Notes: generated from the sequence alone by a model not told the origin. Positions 46,090-56,390 are shown, counted from the first letter of the stretch. The stretch: 64,000 bases of DNA from an uncultured bacterium (GCA_964422745.1 CAYRCK010000011.1:5068-69067); one strand, 5' to 3'. Numbers and translations: made by a program.

Positions 46090-47951
46090 CACTTCTTCTC
46101 CGAGAAATCGACTCTCACGATATATACTCCGTCCTCCAACCTGCTGTGCAGCGGATAACCGCACTCGTGAAAAACGTGCATCATCTTCTTGTTCTGTCCC
46201 AGAACATCGGCCTTGAACCCCCTGATCCCCATCTCCAGCGCTATATCGATCAAATGTTGCATGAGATGTGTTCCGATACCACGGTTCTGCCAGTTGTCCC
46301 CGACGAGAAACGCAACCTCCGCGTAGTTGTCCGACGGATCGTGCTTGAACCTCCCGATCGCTACTATCTCCTCGTTTTCCGGCTCCCCCAGCAATCCAAC
46401 GATCGCCATCTCCTCACTGTAATCGATGTTCACCATCGGCTGGATCTTCTCGTGCGGCATGGCCTTTACGAGATTGAAGAAACGATAGTAGACGCTCTCG
46501 TCGCTCAAAGAATAGAAGAACTCGCGCTCCATCGCCTCGTCGATGGGCTTTATGGGCCTGAAGAATACGCTGACATCACCGAAATCCTTCACATGCTCGT
46601 ATTTCTCAGGGTAGAAACGGCCGACCTCCGTCAACGGCATCTGGTCCATATGAACGATATTTCTCTTCTTGGCATAGCTGAGAAGATCGTCCCTGAAATC
46701 CGGGTGCGTAATGCTGATGAGAGCGAGGGCCCTCTCCCTGAGGTTCTTTCCATGAAGGTTCGCAATTCCGTACTCGGTGACTATGTAGTGCACATCCCCC
46801 CTTGACGTCACGACCCCGGCACCCTGGTCCAGGTGCGCGACGATCCGTGAGATGGTCCCTCCCTTAGCCGTGGACGGAAGGACTATGATCGGTTTTCCGC
46901 CCTTCGACCGCGCCGCGCCGCGCACGAAATCGACCTGCCCCCCTATACCCGAGTAAAAATACTCACCGATCGAATCGGCGCACACCTGACCGGTGAGATC
47001 GACCTGCATGGCGGCATTGATGGAGATCATCTTGTCGTTCCTGGAGATTATGAATGGATCGTTCGTATAGTCGCAGGGATGGAACTCGATCAGGGGATTA
47101 TCGTCGACGAAATCGTATAGCCTTTTCGTGCCCATGCAGAACGTGGCGATGATCTTGCCGTTGTGAATGCTCTTCTTCCTGTTATTTATGACCCCGGACT
47201 CGACCAGGTCTATTATCCCGTCGGAGAACATCTCTGTATGGATTCCTATATCCTTCTTGTCAACGAGGAACGAAAGTATCGCATTCGGGATCATGCCTAT
47301 CCCGGCCTGGATCGTCGCTCCATCACCTATCAATCTCGATACATGCTGCCCTATCCTGGCGGCCACATCATCCGGTTCGGGTGGCGACAAAGTGAGAAGC
47401 GGCATGTCGCTTTCCACTATATGGTCGATGTCCTTGACGTGGATGAAGCAATCTCCAAGGGTCCTGGGCATCTGCTTGTTGACCTCGGCGATGACCAGCC
47501 TTGCGCTCTCGGCACCCGCCTTCACGACATCGACCGAGACTCCGAGGGAGCAGAAGCCGTAGCTGTCCGGGGGTGCCACCTGTATGAAGGCGACATCGAT
47601 CTTGAGGCGCCCCGATCGCAGCAGTGCCGGCAATTCGGAGAGGAATATCGGAGTGTACTCCGCCCTTCCCTCGTTGACAGCATCCCTCACATTCTGTCCT
47701 ATGAAGAACGCGTTCTGCCTGAACGGCTTGCTCAGCACCGACTCGGCGTACGGGCTCGTTCCCAGCTCTATGAGATTGATCGTCTCGTGATCCTGGATGT
47801 ATTTGCCCTTATCGATGAGCATCTTGATCAGTGTTTGGGGTTCGGCCGCGCCGGAGCCGATGAAGATACGGCTGCCGGGATTGATAAGCTTGAAGACCTC
47901 GTCCACGGTGCATTTCTTTCGCTCGTATATATCATTAACCTTTTCAATCAT
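46089..47951 (-). CDS. Fusion of a 4-hydroxybutyrate/butyryl-CoA:acetate CoA-transferase-family domain to a C-terminal GNAT N-acetyltransferase
   Basis: The N-terminal 440 aa or so are co-linear with the Cat2/AbfT CoA-transferase family (GSGAAEPQTL ... GIGMIPNAIL ... MGTKRLYDF ... SGIGGQVDFVRGA ... VTEYGIA). The C-terminal 170 aa or so form a GNAT fold with the acetyl-CoA motif A (QNRGIGTHLMQHLID). Confidence 0.8.
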   Translation of the reverse strand: MIEKVNDIYERKKCTVDEVFKLINPGSRIFIGSGAAEPQTLIKMLIDKGKYIQDHETINLIELGTSPYAESVLSKPFRQNAFFIGQNVRDAVNEGRAEYTPIFLSELPALLRSGRLKIDVAFIQVAPPDSYGFCSLGVSVDVVKAGAESARLVIAEVNKQMPRTLGDCFIHVKDIDHIVESDMPLLTLSPPEPDDVAARIGQHVSRLIGDGATIQAGIGMIPNAILSFLVDKKDIGIHTEMFSDGIIDLVESGVINNRKKSIHNGKIIATFCMGTKRLYDFVDDNPLIEFHPCDYTNDPFIISRNDKMISINAAMQVDLTGQVCADSIGEYFYSGIGGQVDFVRGAARSKGGKPIIVLPSTAKGGTISRIVAHLDQGAGVVTSRGDVHYIVTEYGIANLHGKNLRERALALISITHPDFRDDLLSYAKKRNIVHMDQMPLTEVGRFYPEKYEHVKDFGDVSVFFRPIKPIDEAMEREFFYSLSDESVYYRFFNLVKAMPHEKIQPMVNIDYSEEMAIVGLLGEPENEEIVAIGRFKHDPSDNYAEVAFLVGDNWQNRGIGTHLMQHLIDIALEMGIRGFKADVLGQNKKMMHVFHECGYPLHSRLEDGVYIVRVDFSEKK

Positions 47952-48215
47952 CGTACACCCCCTGAGCGGTTCATATACCCCGATTCCGGCACGGTTTCGA
48001 TCACGAAAGGATAATGATCCAACGATGAAGATAGTTCAAGAGAAGAGAGCATGCAAATCTTGATCTGGCAAAAACTATACGATTCAATTAGATTAGCGAA
48101 GAGGACGGATCGCCGGTATGGCGCGAAGAACCGGACACCGCGCTCCGTGATCCCCTCGGAAGGGCCGTGTGCTCCTTTTTTCCGTTTTATCAACGCATCT
48201 CGAAAGGATCGTGAT

Positions 48216-49145
48216 TTGGAAAGGATTTTCGGACCGGTGCCGTCGAGACGGCTGGGCAGGTCGCTCGGCATAGACGTGGTTCCATACAAAACTTGTACAT
48301 TCGACTGCATCTACTGCGAATGCGGGGGCACGACGAACAGAACATGCAGCCGAAGCGAATTCTATCCCCTCGACGATATACTCGAAGAACTGGAGGGAAG
48401 GCTCTCCGAGATCCCGCAGATGCCCGATGTGGTAACCCTGTCGGGAGCGGGCGAGCCGACATTGTACTCGAGAACGGGAGAGCTGATAAGGCGGGTGAAG
48501 GGGGTGACCGGCATCCCTGTGGCCGTCATCACGAACAGCTCTCTCCTGTCCCGCCCCGAGCTCAGGGAAGAGGTGTCGTTCGCCGACATCGTTCTGCCGT
48601 CACTTGACTCCGTCATCGAGGAGACCTTCTCTTCGATGAACCGTCCGCACGAGGAATGCGACATAGGCGAGATACAGGCAGGACTCGAGGAATTCACACG
48701 GGTGTACACGGGAAAGGTCTACCTGGAAATAATGCTTCTGGAGGGATTCAATACGGATGAGAGAAACCTGTCTGAGCTGAAACTTGCCATCGAGGGGCTG
48801 AGGGTCGACGAGGTGCAGCTCAACACGGCCGTAAGGCCCGGGACGGTAAAGGGCATCGGGCCGCTGGACAAAGAGAGCCTGATAAGCATAAAAGAATACT
48901 TCGGCTCCGCATGCGAGGTTGTCGCCGAAACACCTGCCAGGGCCTCACACGAGGACCTCGCAGCCGAGCAGAAAGTCATCTCGATGCTGGAACGGCGTCC
49001 GTGCACGGCAGAGGATATGCACAACTCACTCGGGATCCCCGTCCCCGGGCTCGCCAAGCTGCTCTCGGAGCTGGTCTCGAGAGGAACGATAAAGGCCGAA
49101 TCCCACGGCGGGAAGATATTCTACACGGCGATAATTCGTGGATGA
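48216..49145 (+). CDS. Radical SAM protein (CX3CX2C; COG0731-like, function unknown)
   Basis: The motif KTCTFDCIYCEC follows the N-terminal signature FGPVPSRRLGRSLGIDVVP. The start is tentatively the TTG at 48216, with AAAGGA seven nt upstream. The ORF track begins at an ATG at 48051, probably too far upstream. Confidence 0.65.
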   Translation: MERIFGPVPSRRLGRSLGIDVVPYKTCTFDCIYCECGGTTNRTCSRSEFYPLDDILEELEGRLSEIPQMPDVVTLSGAGEPTLYSRTGELIRRVKGVTGIPVAVITNSSLLSRPELREEVSFADIVLPSLDSVIEETFSSMNRPHEECDIGEIQAGLEEFTRVYTGKVYLEIMLLEGFNTDERNLSELKLAIEGLRVDEVQLNTAVRPGTVKGIGPLDKESLISIKEYFGSACEVVAETPARASHEDLAAEQKVISMLERRPCTAEDMHNSLGIPVPGLAKLLSELVSRGTIKAESHGGKIFYTAIIRG

Positions 49146-49219
49146 TCAAGGTGGGCGCCCCGGCCGCTCGAGGAGGATCCCCGGCAGGCCGAAACAATCG
49201 AATCTTGGGACCCGATCCG

Positions 49220-50467
49220 TTACATGCTCCACTTGAGCCTTTTCGCCGCAATCAGCAAAAATACAACCCCGAACGCTAGTAGCGCGGCGATGTGAGGTAC
49301 TACGCCGGTCAATCCGAATCCGAACGATATCAGCTTATGAATCCCGCTTATCGCCCAGCCGGTGGGGAAGAAGAAGGCCAGCACCTGAAACGGCCTGGAA
49401 ACGACCTCCAAGGGCCACCAACACCCTCCGAGCGCAGACATAACCAGGGTAGTAATGACGGCGAATCCGGTTACCTGGTCGGGATTTTTCAGTAGAGAGG
49501 CGAATAGGATGGAAAACGAGCCCGTGCAGAAGGCGAAGGCCAGCATAAGCAGGAACAGGGCTATCGGACTGCCCCCAAGCGAAATCCGAAAGAGGAGCCT
49601 GCCCGCGGCCAGCAGGAATACTATCTGAATCATGGCTATCTCTACCCTGCCCAGCAGCTTGCCGGAGACGACCTCCGCCCTGCCCGCAGGGGTTGTGCCC
49701 AGTCTCTTCAGAACGCCCGTCACCCTCTCCGCCGTGATACCCGCTCCGCTGAAAACCATCGACATGAGCACGAACATGATCAGGCTTCCCGGCACGGAGC
49801 CCTGGAAACCCCTTGGAATATCCGCCGCCCTGCCGGCGTTACCTGACCGCACGGTCACCAGAGGATCTCTCGCCATGATCGTGTCCAACCGCACCTGCAG
49901 TGTCTCGAGAGCCCCGATACGCCCGCCGGAGAGTTTCCAGAGGCTTCCACTCAGGCTGTCGCCATCGATGGAGATACCCGCCGCGCCATGCTCCAGCTCA
50001 TCGCCCTCGATTTCTATGAGCCCGCTCACCACCCTGATGAGACCTTTGAATATGGAAGCCGAAGCGGCCTCGGCGGCGTTCATATTCGTCCCCTCCTCCC
50101 TGCTCAGCACAAGCCCGACGCGCTCCCTATCCAGAACAGACCTGGTGAATTCCCCCGGTATCACGAGGGTTCTGACCGCATCGTCGCCTTCCGGCAGGCT
50201 GTCGACTATGTAAAGCGACTCGTCTTCGAGCGCCTCGACCAGCTTGCCGGACAGAAAACCGCTGTCCCTGTCCTCCACTGTCAGTCTCGCCCTGACCGCA
50301 GAGCTTCGCGAATCCCTCGAGGTCATACCGAAGACGAACATGAATGTGAGCGGCATTATGAACATCCAGAAAACATAGCTGCGCTCCTTCATTGTCATCC
50401 TCAGATCACAGCCCGCTATCTTCGACACTATCCAGAGAGATCCGCCGCGCATCCTAGGACCACCCAC
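49220..50467 (-). CDS. ABC-2 type transporter permease
   Basis: Polytopic membrane protein with the ABC-2 layout (one N-terminal TM segment, an extracytoplasmic loop, a cluster of 5 TM segments). It overlaps the upstream permease gene, so its start is uncertain. Confidence 0.7.
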   Translation of the reverse strand: MGGPRMRGGSLWIVSKIAGCDLRMTMKERSYVFWMFIMPLTFMFVFGMTSRDSRSSAVRARLTVEDRDSGFLSGKLVEALEDESLYIVDSLPEGDDAVRTLVIPGEFTRSVLDRERVGLVLSREEGTNMNAAEAASASIFKGLIRVVSGLIEIEGDELEHGAAGISIDGDSLSGSLWKLSGGRIGALETLQVRLDTIMARDPLVTVRSGNAGRAADIPRGFQGSVPGSLIMFVLMSMVFSGAGITAERVTGVLKRLGTTPAGRAEVVSGKLLGRVEIAMIQIVFLLAAGRLLFRISLGGSPIALFLLMLAFAFCTGSFSILFASLLKNPDQVTGFAVITTLVMSALGGCWWPLEVVSRPFQVLAFFFPTGWAISGIHKLISFGFGLTGVVPHIAALLAFGVVFLLIAAKRLKWSM

Positions 50468-51710
50468 CCTTCTCTATCCTCCGCCTGAGCATGATGGTCC
50501 CCGGAATGATCGTAATCGCCGATACACCGAATAGTATTCCGAGGTGCTCGAGGATATCACCCATGGCGGCATCCAGGATGAAGATCCGCTTGAAGCCGTC
50601 GACGGCCCAGAAGACCGGAGAGAAACGCCCTACCGCAGATAGTGCGCTCCCCATCTGTTCAATCGGGATCATGCTCCCCCCGAGCAGGCACATTACTATG
50701 ATCACTATGGAGATCACTGCGTCCACAGCCTTTTCCGATCTTATGAAGCCGTAGAAGAAAACGATGATACCGGTGCACATCAGAATAGTCGCGACGAAAT
50801 GGATTATGAGCGGGAGCGGCCGTCCCAGATCGATTCCGAATCCCAGGCGCCCTATCACCATGAGAATGATGCATGAGAGACCGGTTACCGCCGCTGTTAC
50901 AAGCACCTTGGCCGTCACAACCTGCCTGGCATCGATAGGAGCCACGAACATCCTCGCAAGCGTCCCGTTGTTCCTCTCCCTGAACAAATCCCTCAATGAT
51001 ATTTCGCTTATGAAAAGGAGCCCTATCAGCAGACTGCCCGGTAAAACGTACGCGAACAGATTGAATCCCCCATCCCCCTCATCCTGCGATGCAACGGTCT
51101 CGCTTCTCAGCGTGATCAGGGAGTCGCTCAAATATCCCTGTGCCAGCAAGATCTTGTCCCTTGCGCTGTCCAGCAGCCCCTGAAGCTCACCGCCCGAGGG
51201 CCATGCCTCGGCTTCGAGCATAGACCGAACCCGCTCTATCGGTTCCCTGAAGTTATACATCCCCCCGTGGATTATTATGGCCATCGTCTCCACTATCTCT
51301 TCGACTATAATCGGCAGGAAAGTCTCCGCCGGGTTCTTGACCAGCACTATCTCCGCGCTCTTCATGTCCAGGACACTCTCTGAGAATCCTTCGGGAACCT
51401 CTATAAGCGCCGAGGCCTTGCCTCTCTCCATGCGGCGCATCCCCTCTTCCATCTCCACGCTTTCCAGATCAATGAGCTCGGCCAACCGGTCCTGCCTCAT
51501 CGAGTCCCGGATGAACCTGCCGAATATGCCCCCGTCCCTGTCCACCAGCAGCACCTTGATCCTGGGCAACTCCACCGTTCCCGATCTGCCGAAGACAAGG
51601 CCGATGATAAGCGTCATGGCAAGGGGAATGAGCATCATGAGCAGCACGGCGACAGGGCTGCGCATCCTGCGCCTGAGATCCTTCAATACTATATTAAAGA
51701 GATTATGCAC
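50454..51710 (-). CDS. ABC-2 type transporter permease (paralog)
   Basis: Same architecture as the neighbouring permease. Confidence 0.7.
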   Translation of the reverse strand: MHNLFNIVLKDLRRRMRSPVAVLLMMLIPLAMTLIIGLVFGRSGTVELPRIKVLLVDRDGGIFGRFIRDSMRQDRLAELIDLESVEMEEGMRRMERGKASALIEVPEGFSESVLDMKSAEIVLVKNPAETFLPIIVEEIVETMAIIIHGGMYNFREPIERVRSMLEAEAWPSGGELQGLLDSARDKILLAQGYLSDSLITLRSETVASQDEGDGGFNLFAYVLPGSLLIGLLFISEISLRDLFRERNNGTLARMFVAPIDARQVVTAKVLVTAAVTGLSCIILMVIGRLGFGIDLGRPLPLIIHFVATILMCTGIIVFFYGFIRSEKAVDAVISIVIIVMCLLGGSMIPIEQMGSALSAVGRFSPVFWAVDGFKRIFILDAAMGDILEHLGILFGVSAITIIPGTIMLRRRIEKGGWS

Positions 51711-51804
51711 CCTCCACCGACCTTCCGGGTCCTCTGCGCCGAATTCGGAACCGAACTGGGAACAGGCACGGCGATTAATCGTACGGAGACCGCCACCCCG
51801 CCCG

Positions 51805-52722
51805 TCAGTCCCTGAGCTCCCTCCCCGTGAGCTTTATGAAAACGCTTTCAAGGCTCGGTTCCTTGATCGACACCTGACCTACGTGAACCCCTGCGGAAAA
51901 AAGTTTCCCGAATACCTCTCCTATCTCTCCCTTGTTCGAAACGAAAAACCTTAGTGAATCGTCCTCCAGGCTGTCCACCTTGACTCCCGACAGCAGTTGA
52001 TTCACCTGCTCCGCGCTGAAGTTGCCGGTGACCGTCACGATATCCTCCTCACCAACGAGGCGTGTCAGCTCCTCCAGGGATCCCTCCGCCAGTATGCTGC
52101 CGTGATCTATTATCGCTACCCGGTCACACAGGCTCTCGGCCTCCTCGAGGTAGTGGGTCGTGTAGATAACGGTCGTGCCCGAAGCGACCTCGTTCTTGAT
52201 TATATCGAGTATATTCAATCTCGCCTGAGGATCTATTCCCAGTGTCGGCTCATCCAGCAGCACGATGCGAGGATGGTGGACGAGACCGATGCAGAGATTG
52301 ATCCTTCGTTTCATACCGCCCGAATATTGACGAACGGGATCGTCCGCTCTCTCCGTCAGCTCCACGAGATCGAGCACCCGATCGACCGATTTCCTGAGCT
52401 CCTTTCCCGACATCCCGTACAGGCTCCCCCAGAATCGCAAGTTCTCCCGCCCGGTCAGCTCCTCGTAAAGCGCTATCTCCTGTGGGATCACGCCCAGGAT
52501 CCTGCGGATCTTCTTCCCGTGCCGGTGAACGTCCATCCCGTTCACCTGCACGGTCCCCGAATCGGCACGCATGAGCCCCGATATAATGGAGATAGCCGTT
52601 GTCTTCCCCGCCCCGTTCGGACCCAGGAAACCGAAGATCTCGCCCTCCTTGACCTGGAATGCTATACCGCTCAATGCGACCACGCTGCCGAACGATTTTC
52701 TTATATCATGAACCTCGATCAT
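51805..52722 (-). CDS. ABC transporter ATP-binding protein (ABC-2 exporter ATPase)
   Basis: Walker A GPNGAGKTT, ABC signature YSGGMKRR and Walker B VLLDEPTLGID. Confidence 0.85.
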   Translation of the reverse strand: MIEVHDIRKSFGSVVALSGIAFQVKEGEIFGFLGPNGAGKTTAISIISGLMRADSGTVQVNGMDVHRHGKKIRRILGVIPQEIALYEELTGRENLRFWGSLYGMSGKELRKSVDRVLDLVELTERADDPVRQYSGGMKRRINLCIGLVHHPRIVLLDEPTLGIDPQARLNILDIIKNEVASGTTVIYTTHYLEEAESLCDRVAIIDHGSILAEGSLEELTRLVGEEDIVTVTGNFSAEQVNQLLSGVKVDSLEDDSLRFFVSNKGEIGEVFGKLFSAGVHVGQVSIKEPSLESVFIKLTGRELRD

Positions 52723-53013
52723 TCCAATCCTCCATGGGGGAGATTATAAATGAATCCACCCTGTCCCTACCGAGCTGCATGAAATCCCCTGATGTCCGAT
52801 ATTCCCAGAATTACGTCGGGTTTGCAACCTCTATAATCCGCCTATGCCGGCTGCATGGCACGATCATTTTGCATCACGAGGGAAAAATCCCCCGTTGAAA
52901 TTAATGAGTTGCCTGTAATCCGTTCGTTCATTAGAATTCGCAGTTGCCCGCAGAGATTAGTACTCGACCTTCCGGCTCGAAGCCGGCGGCAATTCATTAA
53001 GGGAGTGTGTACA

Positions 53014-55062
53014 ATGGTACGTTTCATCGAGAGTGTGGGCGGTTTCGCCCTGGCCGTTCTATTGGTCATCTCGTTCCCCGCATCGGGGGGCGAGCGGCAT
53101 GCGATCACGTTCGACGATCTGATATCGCTCGGTCGGATCGGTGGATTCGAGATCGCCCCGGACGGACGATCAGTGGCCTTCACCGTCACCTGGTTCGACA
53201 AGGAGGAAAACACGTCTGACACCGGGATATATATCGTACCGATCGATGGCGGAGAGGCGTGGAAGTTCACGGAAAGCGAAGGTAGTGATTATTCTCCGTG
53301 CTGGTCACCAGACGGGAAGAGCCTGGCCTTCGTCTCGGACCGGGAAGGAACACCGCAGATATGGACGATACCATCAGACGGCGGCGAGGCCAGGCGCATA
53401 ACCGACATCCCGACGGGAGCATCATCTCCACTCTGGTCGCCAGACGGGAAAACAATCTCCTTCACATCGAACGTTTACCCCGGATGCGAAGACATGGACT
53501 GTAACGGGAAGATGCTCGAAGAGTTCGAAAGCGGCAAGGTGAAGGCCCGGCTGATCGACCATCTGCTCTACCGCCATTGGAACAGCTGGCGCGAAGGCAG
53601 GTGGAGCCACCTGTTCCTGACAGATGTAGAGGGGAACTCCCTCATTGAACTAAACGACGGGCGAACCGATGTTCCTCCTATATCGCTGGGCGGCGAGCGG
53701 GACTACGATTTTTCGCCGGATGGAGGCGAATTGTGTTTTTCGATGAACCCCGATGAGCTGGTGGCCGCCTCCACGAACAACGATCTCTACATCGTAAAGC
53801 TCCCCGGCGGGGAGAGCGAGCCTATCACTGCTGGTAACCTGTCAAACGACAACAATCCCCGGTACTCTCCGAACGGCAGATTCATTGCTTACAGGGCTCA
53901 GCTGACGCCGGGATTCGAGGCGGATCGTTACCGCCTTATGATCTATGACCGGAAAAACGGCAAGAGAAAGAACCTCACGGAGAATTTCGATTACAGCATA
54001 GCAAACTTCGCATGGGGTCCGAAAAGCAGCACTATATACTTCAACACGGAGGACAAGGCGCGTCGCTCAATCGGCAGTGTATCGATAGAAGGAGACGATG
54101 CCAGGATACTGATCACGGGAGGATACGACACAAACCTACGCATAGCTCCTGATGGTAAGCACATCGTGTTCTCCAGGCAAAACGTAGACCACCCAACAGA
54201 CTTATACATCGCCAAGTCCAACGGCGGTGGGATCAAGCAGCTGACCGACATAAACAGGAAGATCCTGGATAATATAGAGATGAACGAGCTGGAGGAATTC
54301 TGGTTCGAGGGCTCGGGCTCGAAACAGGTCCACGGCCTGCTGGTAAAGCCTCCCTTCTTCATCGAGGGAAGGAAATACCCCATGATCCTTCTCATTCACG
54401 GCGGACCCCAGGGTTCGTTCGGGGATGAATTCCACTACAGATGGAACGTGCAGATGTTCGCTTCTCCGGGTTACGTGGTCGGTATGATCAACTTCACCGG
54501 CAGCACCGGATACGGTCAGGCCTTCACCGATGCCATAAGCGGGGATTGGGGCGGAGCTCCCTATACCGACATCATGAAGGGTGTCGATTATATAGTGGAG
54601 AATTTCGACTTCGTCGACGCAGACAACATCGCGGCAGCGGGTGCATCCTACGGTGGTTACATGATCAACTGGATCGAGGGCCATACGGACCGCTTCCGCT
54701 GTCTCGTGTCGCACGCCGGTGTTTACAACCTCGCTAGCATGTACGGAGCGACGGAAGAGCTCTGGTTCCCTGAATGGGAATTCGAGGGTATGCCGTGGAC
54801 TAACAAGGAGATGTATGAGCGATTCTCGCCGCACAACTTCGCCGAGAGCTTCAAGACACCGTGTCTTGTTGTACACGGCGAAAGAGATTTCCGGGTGCCC
54901 TATACACAGGGACTCGAGTTCTTCACCGCCCTGCAGAGAAACGGCGTGCAGTCGAAGCTGCTATTTTTCCCGGACGAAGACCATTTCGTCAGGAAACCGC
55001 AGAATGCCGAGCTGTGGTGGGAAACGATCCATGAATGGTTCGATGAGCATCTGGAAAGATGA
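53014..55062 (+). CDS. Secreted S9-family serine peptidase (beta-propeller plus prolyl-oligopeptidase / acylaminoacyl-peptidase catalytic domain)
   Basis: Signal peptide and TolB-like WSPDGK repeats. The catalytic Ser is in AGASYGGYMI, with Asp/His in the C-terminal alpha/beta-hydrolase fold. The start is set at MVRFIESVGG; the ORF track begins at 52855. Confidence 0.8.
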   Translation: MVRFIESVGGFALAVLLVISFPASGGERHAITFDDLISLGRIGGFEIAPDGRSVAFTVTWFDKEENTSDTGIYIVPIDGGEAWKFTESEGSDYSPCWSPDGKSLAFVSDREGTPQIWTIPSDGGEARRITDIPTGASSPLWSPDGKTISFTSNVYPGCEDMDCNGKMLEEFESGKVKARLIDHLLYRHWNSWREGRWSHLFLTDVEGNSLIELNDGRTDVPPISLGGERDYDFSPDGGELCFSMNPDELVAASTNNDLYIVKLPGGESEPITAGNLSNDNNPRYSPNGRFIAYRAQLTPGFEADRYRLMIYDRKNGKRKNLTENFDYSIANFAWGPKSSTIYFNTEDKARRSIGSVSIEGDDARILITGGYDTNLRIAPDGKHIVFSRQNVDHPTDLYIAKSNGGGIKQLTDINRKILDNIEMNELEEFWFEGSGSKQVHGLLVKPPFFIEGRKYPMILLIHGGPQGSFGDEFHYRWNVQMFASPGYVVGMINFTGSTGYGQAFTDAISGDWGGAPYTDIMKGVDYIVENFDFVDADNIAAAGASYGGYMINWIEGHTDRFRCLVSHAGVYNLASMYGATEELWFPEWEFEGMPWTNKEMYERFSPHNFAESFKTPCLVVHGERDFRVPYTQGLEFFTALQRNGVQSKLLFFPDEDHFVRKPQNAELWWETIHEWFDEHLER

Positions 55063-55293
55063 CCCTGTGCATGCGGCGGCCGGTTCCGCAGCATACACAG
55101 GCTTCAATGCATAAAAAACCGGAAAAGAGATCTATTGAAGGGGTCACGCGGGCCACCTCCTTAGAACCTTCTCCGGTTATAACCGAATCTTTTACTTGCT
55201 GAATTAGCCTCTGGTTGCAGCACAAAACCGCCCTGCATCCCTGTATCACTCTACATTATAGCAAATTCCGAGTAAAAATTAAATCATTTTTAT

Positions 55294-56187
55294 TCAGGTA
55301 AGCGAAATCGTCCCCTCCCCCACCCGCACAACGCTCCCCGAAACCTTCACGCTTTCGAGCATCCCCCTGTCACACCGCACATCAACACTGATAATACTGG
55401 GTCTCGACACCTCGATGCCCTGCTCGATAACGAGGCGCAGGCTCAGTGGAAACTTCAATATCCTCGCCAGGTAACCCCCGAGAGCGCCGGATGCCGAACC
55501 CGTGGCGGGATCCTCTATCACCTGAAGGGTCGGTGCAAAACAACGTGAATGAATGTTCTTCTTCTTGCTCTCCAAACGTGCAAAGAGATAGATAGCATTA
55601 ACCCCGTATCTCTCGATTACAAGCACGGCCTCGTTGATGTTCAGCCTGGCACGCTTGACCGCATCGGTGGAACTCGCCTCGACTATGAGAAAGTCAAGCC
55701 CGTTCGACACAACGCCCCCCCCCACGATCTCGAATGTCTTGATGCCCAGGGCACTTGCCACCTGCCCCCTGTTCTGCAGGGCTGATCCGAAATCAGGCAG
55801 GGGCTGGTGCATCGTCAACCGCTTTATCTTCCTTCCGGTGTAATCGATATCTATCTCGATATCGCCCGCATCGAGTTCCAGAAAGATCTTCTTGGCCTTC
55901 TTGCTCTTGCCCTTCACGGATGAAACCAACACGAAAGCCGTCCCCAGTACCGGGTGGCCGGCGAAGGGTATCTCATCACCCGGCGTGAATATCCTGACCT
56001 TCGCAGCGGTCTCCTTCCCCTTAGACGGAAAAACGAACGTCGTCTCCGAAAAGTTGATCTCCCTGGCTATCTTCTGCATCTGGAGCTTGGTCAGCTTGCC
56101 CGGTGATGGAAAAACGGCCAGCTGATTACCGCCGAATAACTTATCCGTAAAAACATCCACATGCTCGTATTTCAGTTTACGACTCAT
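55294..56187 (-). CDS. PhzF-family isomerase (second paralog)
   Basis: KYEHVDVFTDKLFGGNQLAVF ... ETTFVFP ... RIFTP are PhzF hallmarks over the full 297 aa. Confidence 0.8.
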   Translation of the reverse strand: MSRKLKYEHVDVFTDKLFGGNQLAVFPSPGKLTKLQMQKIAREINFSETTFVFPSKGKETAAKVRIFTPGDEIPFAGHPVLGTAFVLVSSVKGKSKKAKKIFLELDAGDIEIDIDYTGRKIKRLTMHQPLPDFGSALQNRGQVASALGIKTFEIVGGGVVSNGLDFLIVEASSTDAVKRARLNINEAVLVIERYGVNAIYLFARLESKKKNIHSRCFAPTLQVIEDPATGSASGALGGYLARILKFPLSLRLVIEQGIEVSRPSIISVDVRCDRGMLESVKVSGSVVRVGEGTISLT

Positions 56188-56370
56188 CTCGATCCCTCTA
56201 TTACGATCACGTTATACTTCTATGCCGCATCCGCGAATATACTATCAAACAACGGTGTTCCGGCAAAAGAAAAAATTCTCCTCCACGGTGATTTCATGCA
56301 ATCTTCCTTATAAGTGCAATGTTTGCTGTATATTAGACCAAACCACCAGGGCTAGGCGGCCCATGAAATA

Positions 56371-56390
56371 CTGTAAACTTATATTTACAG
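56371..56390. promoter_or_regulatory. Perfect palindrome CTGTAAA-cttata-TTTACAG in a divergent promoter region (candidate operator)
   Basis: Seen directly: a 7-bp inverted repeat with a 6-bp spacer in the AT-rich 333-bp spacer between PhzF-2 and the cyclophilin gene. Confidence 0.25.

Noticed and set aside
55063-55140. Imperfect hairpin (CTGTGCATGCGGCGG…CCGCAGCATACACAG) after the S9 peptidase gene as a terminator
   Set aside because: The stem has two mismatches and is not followed by a U-tract on either strand. It is not called.
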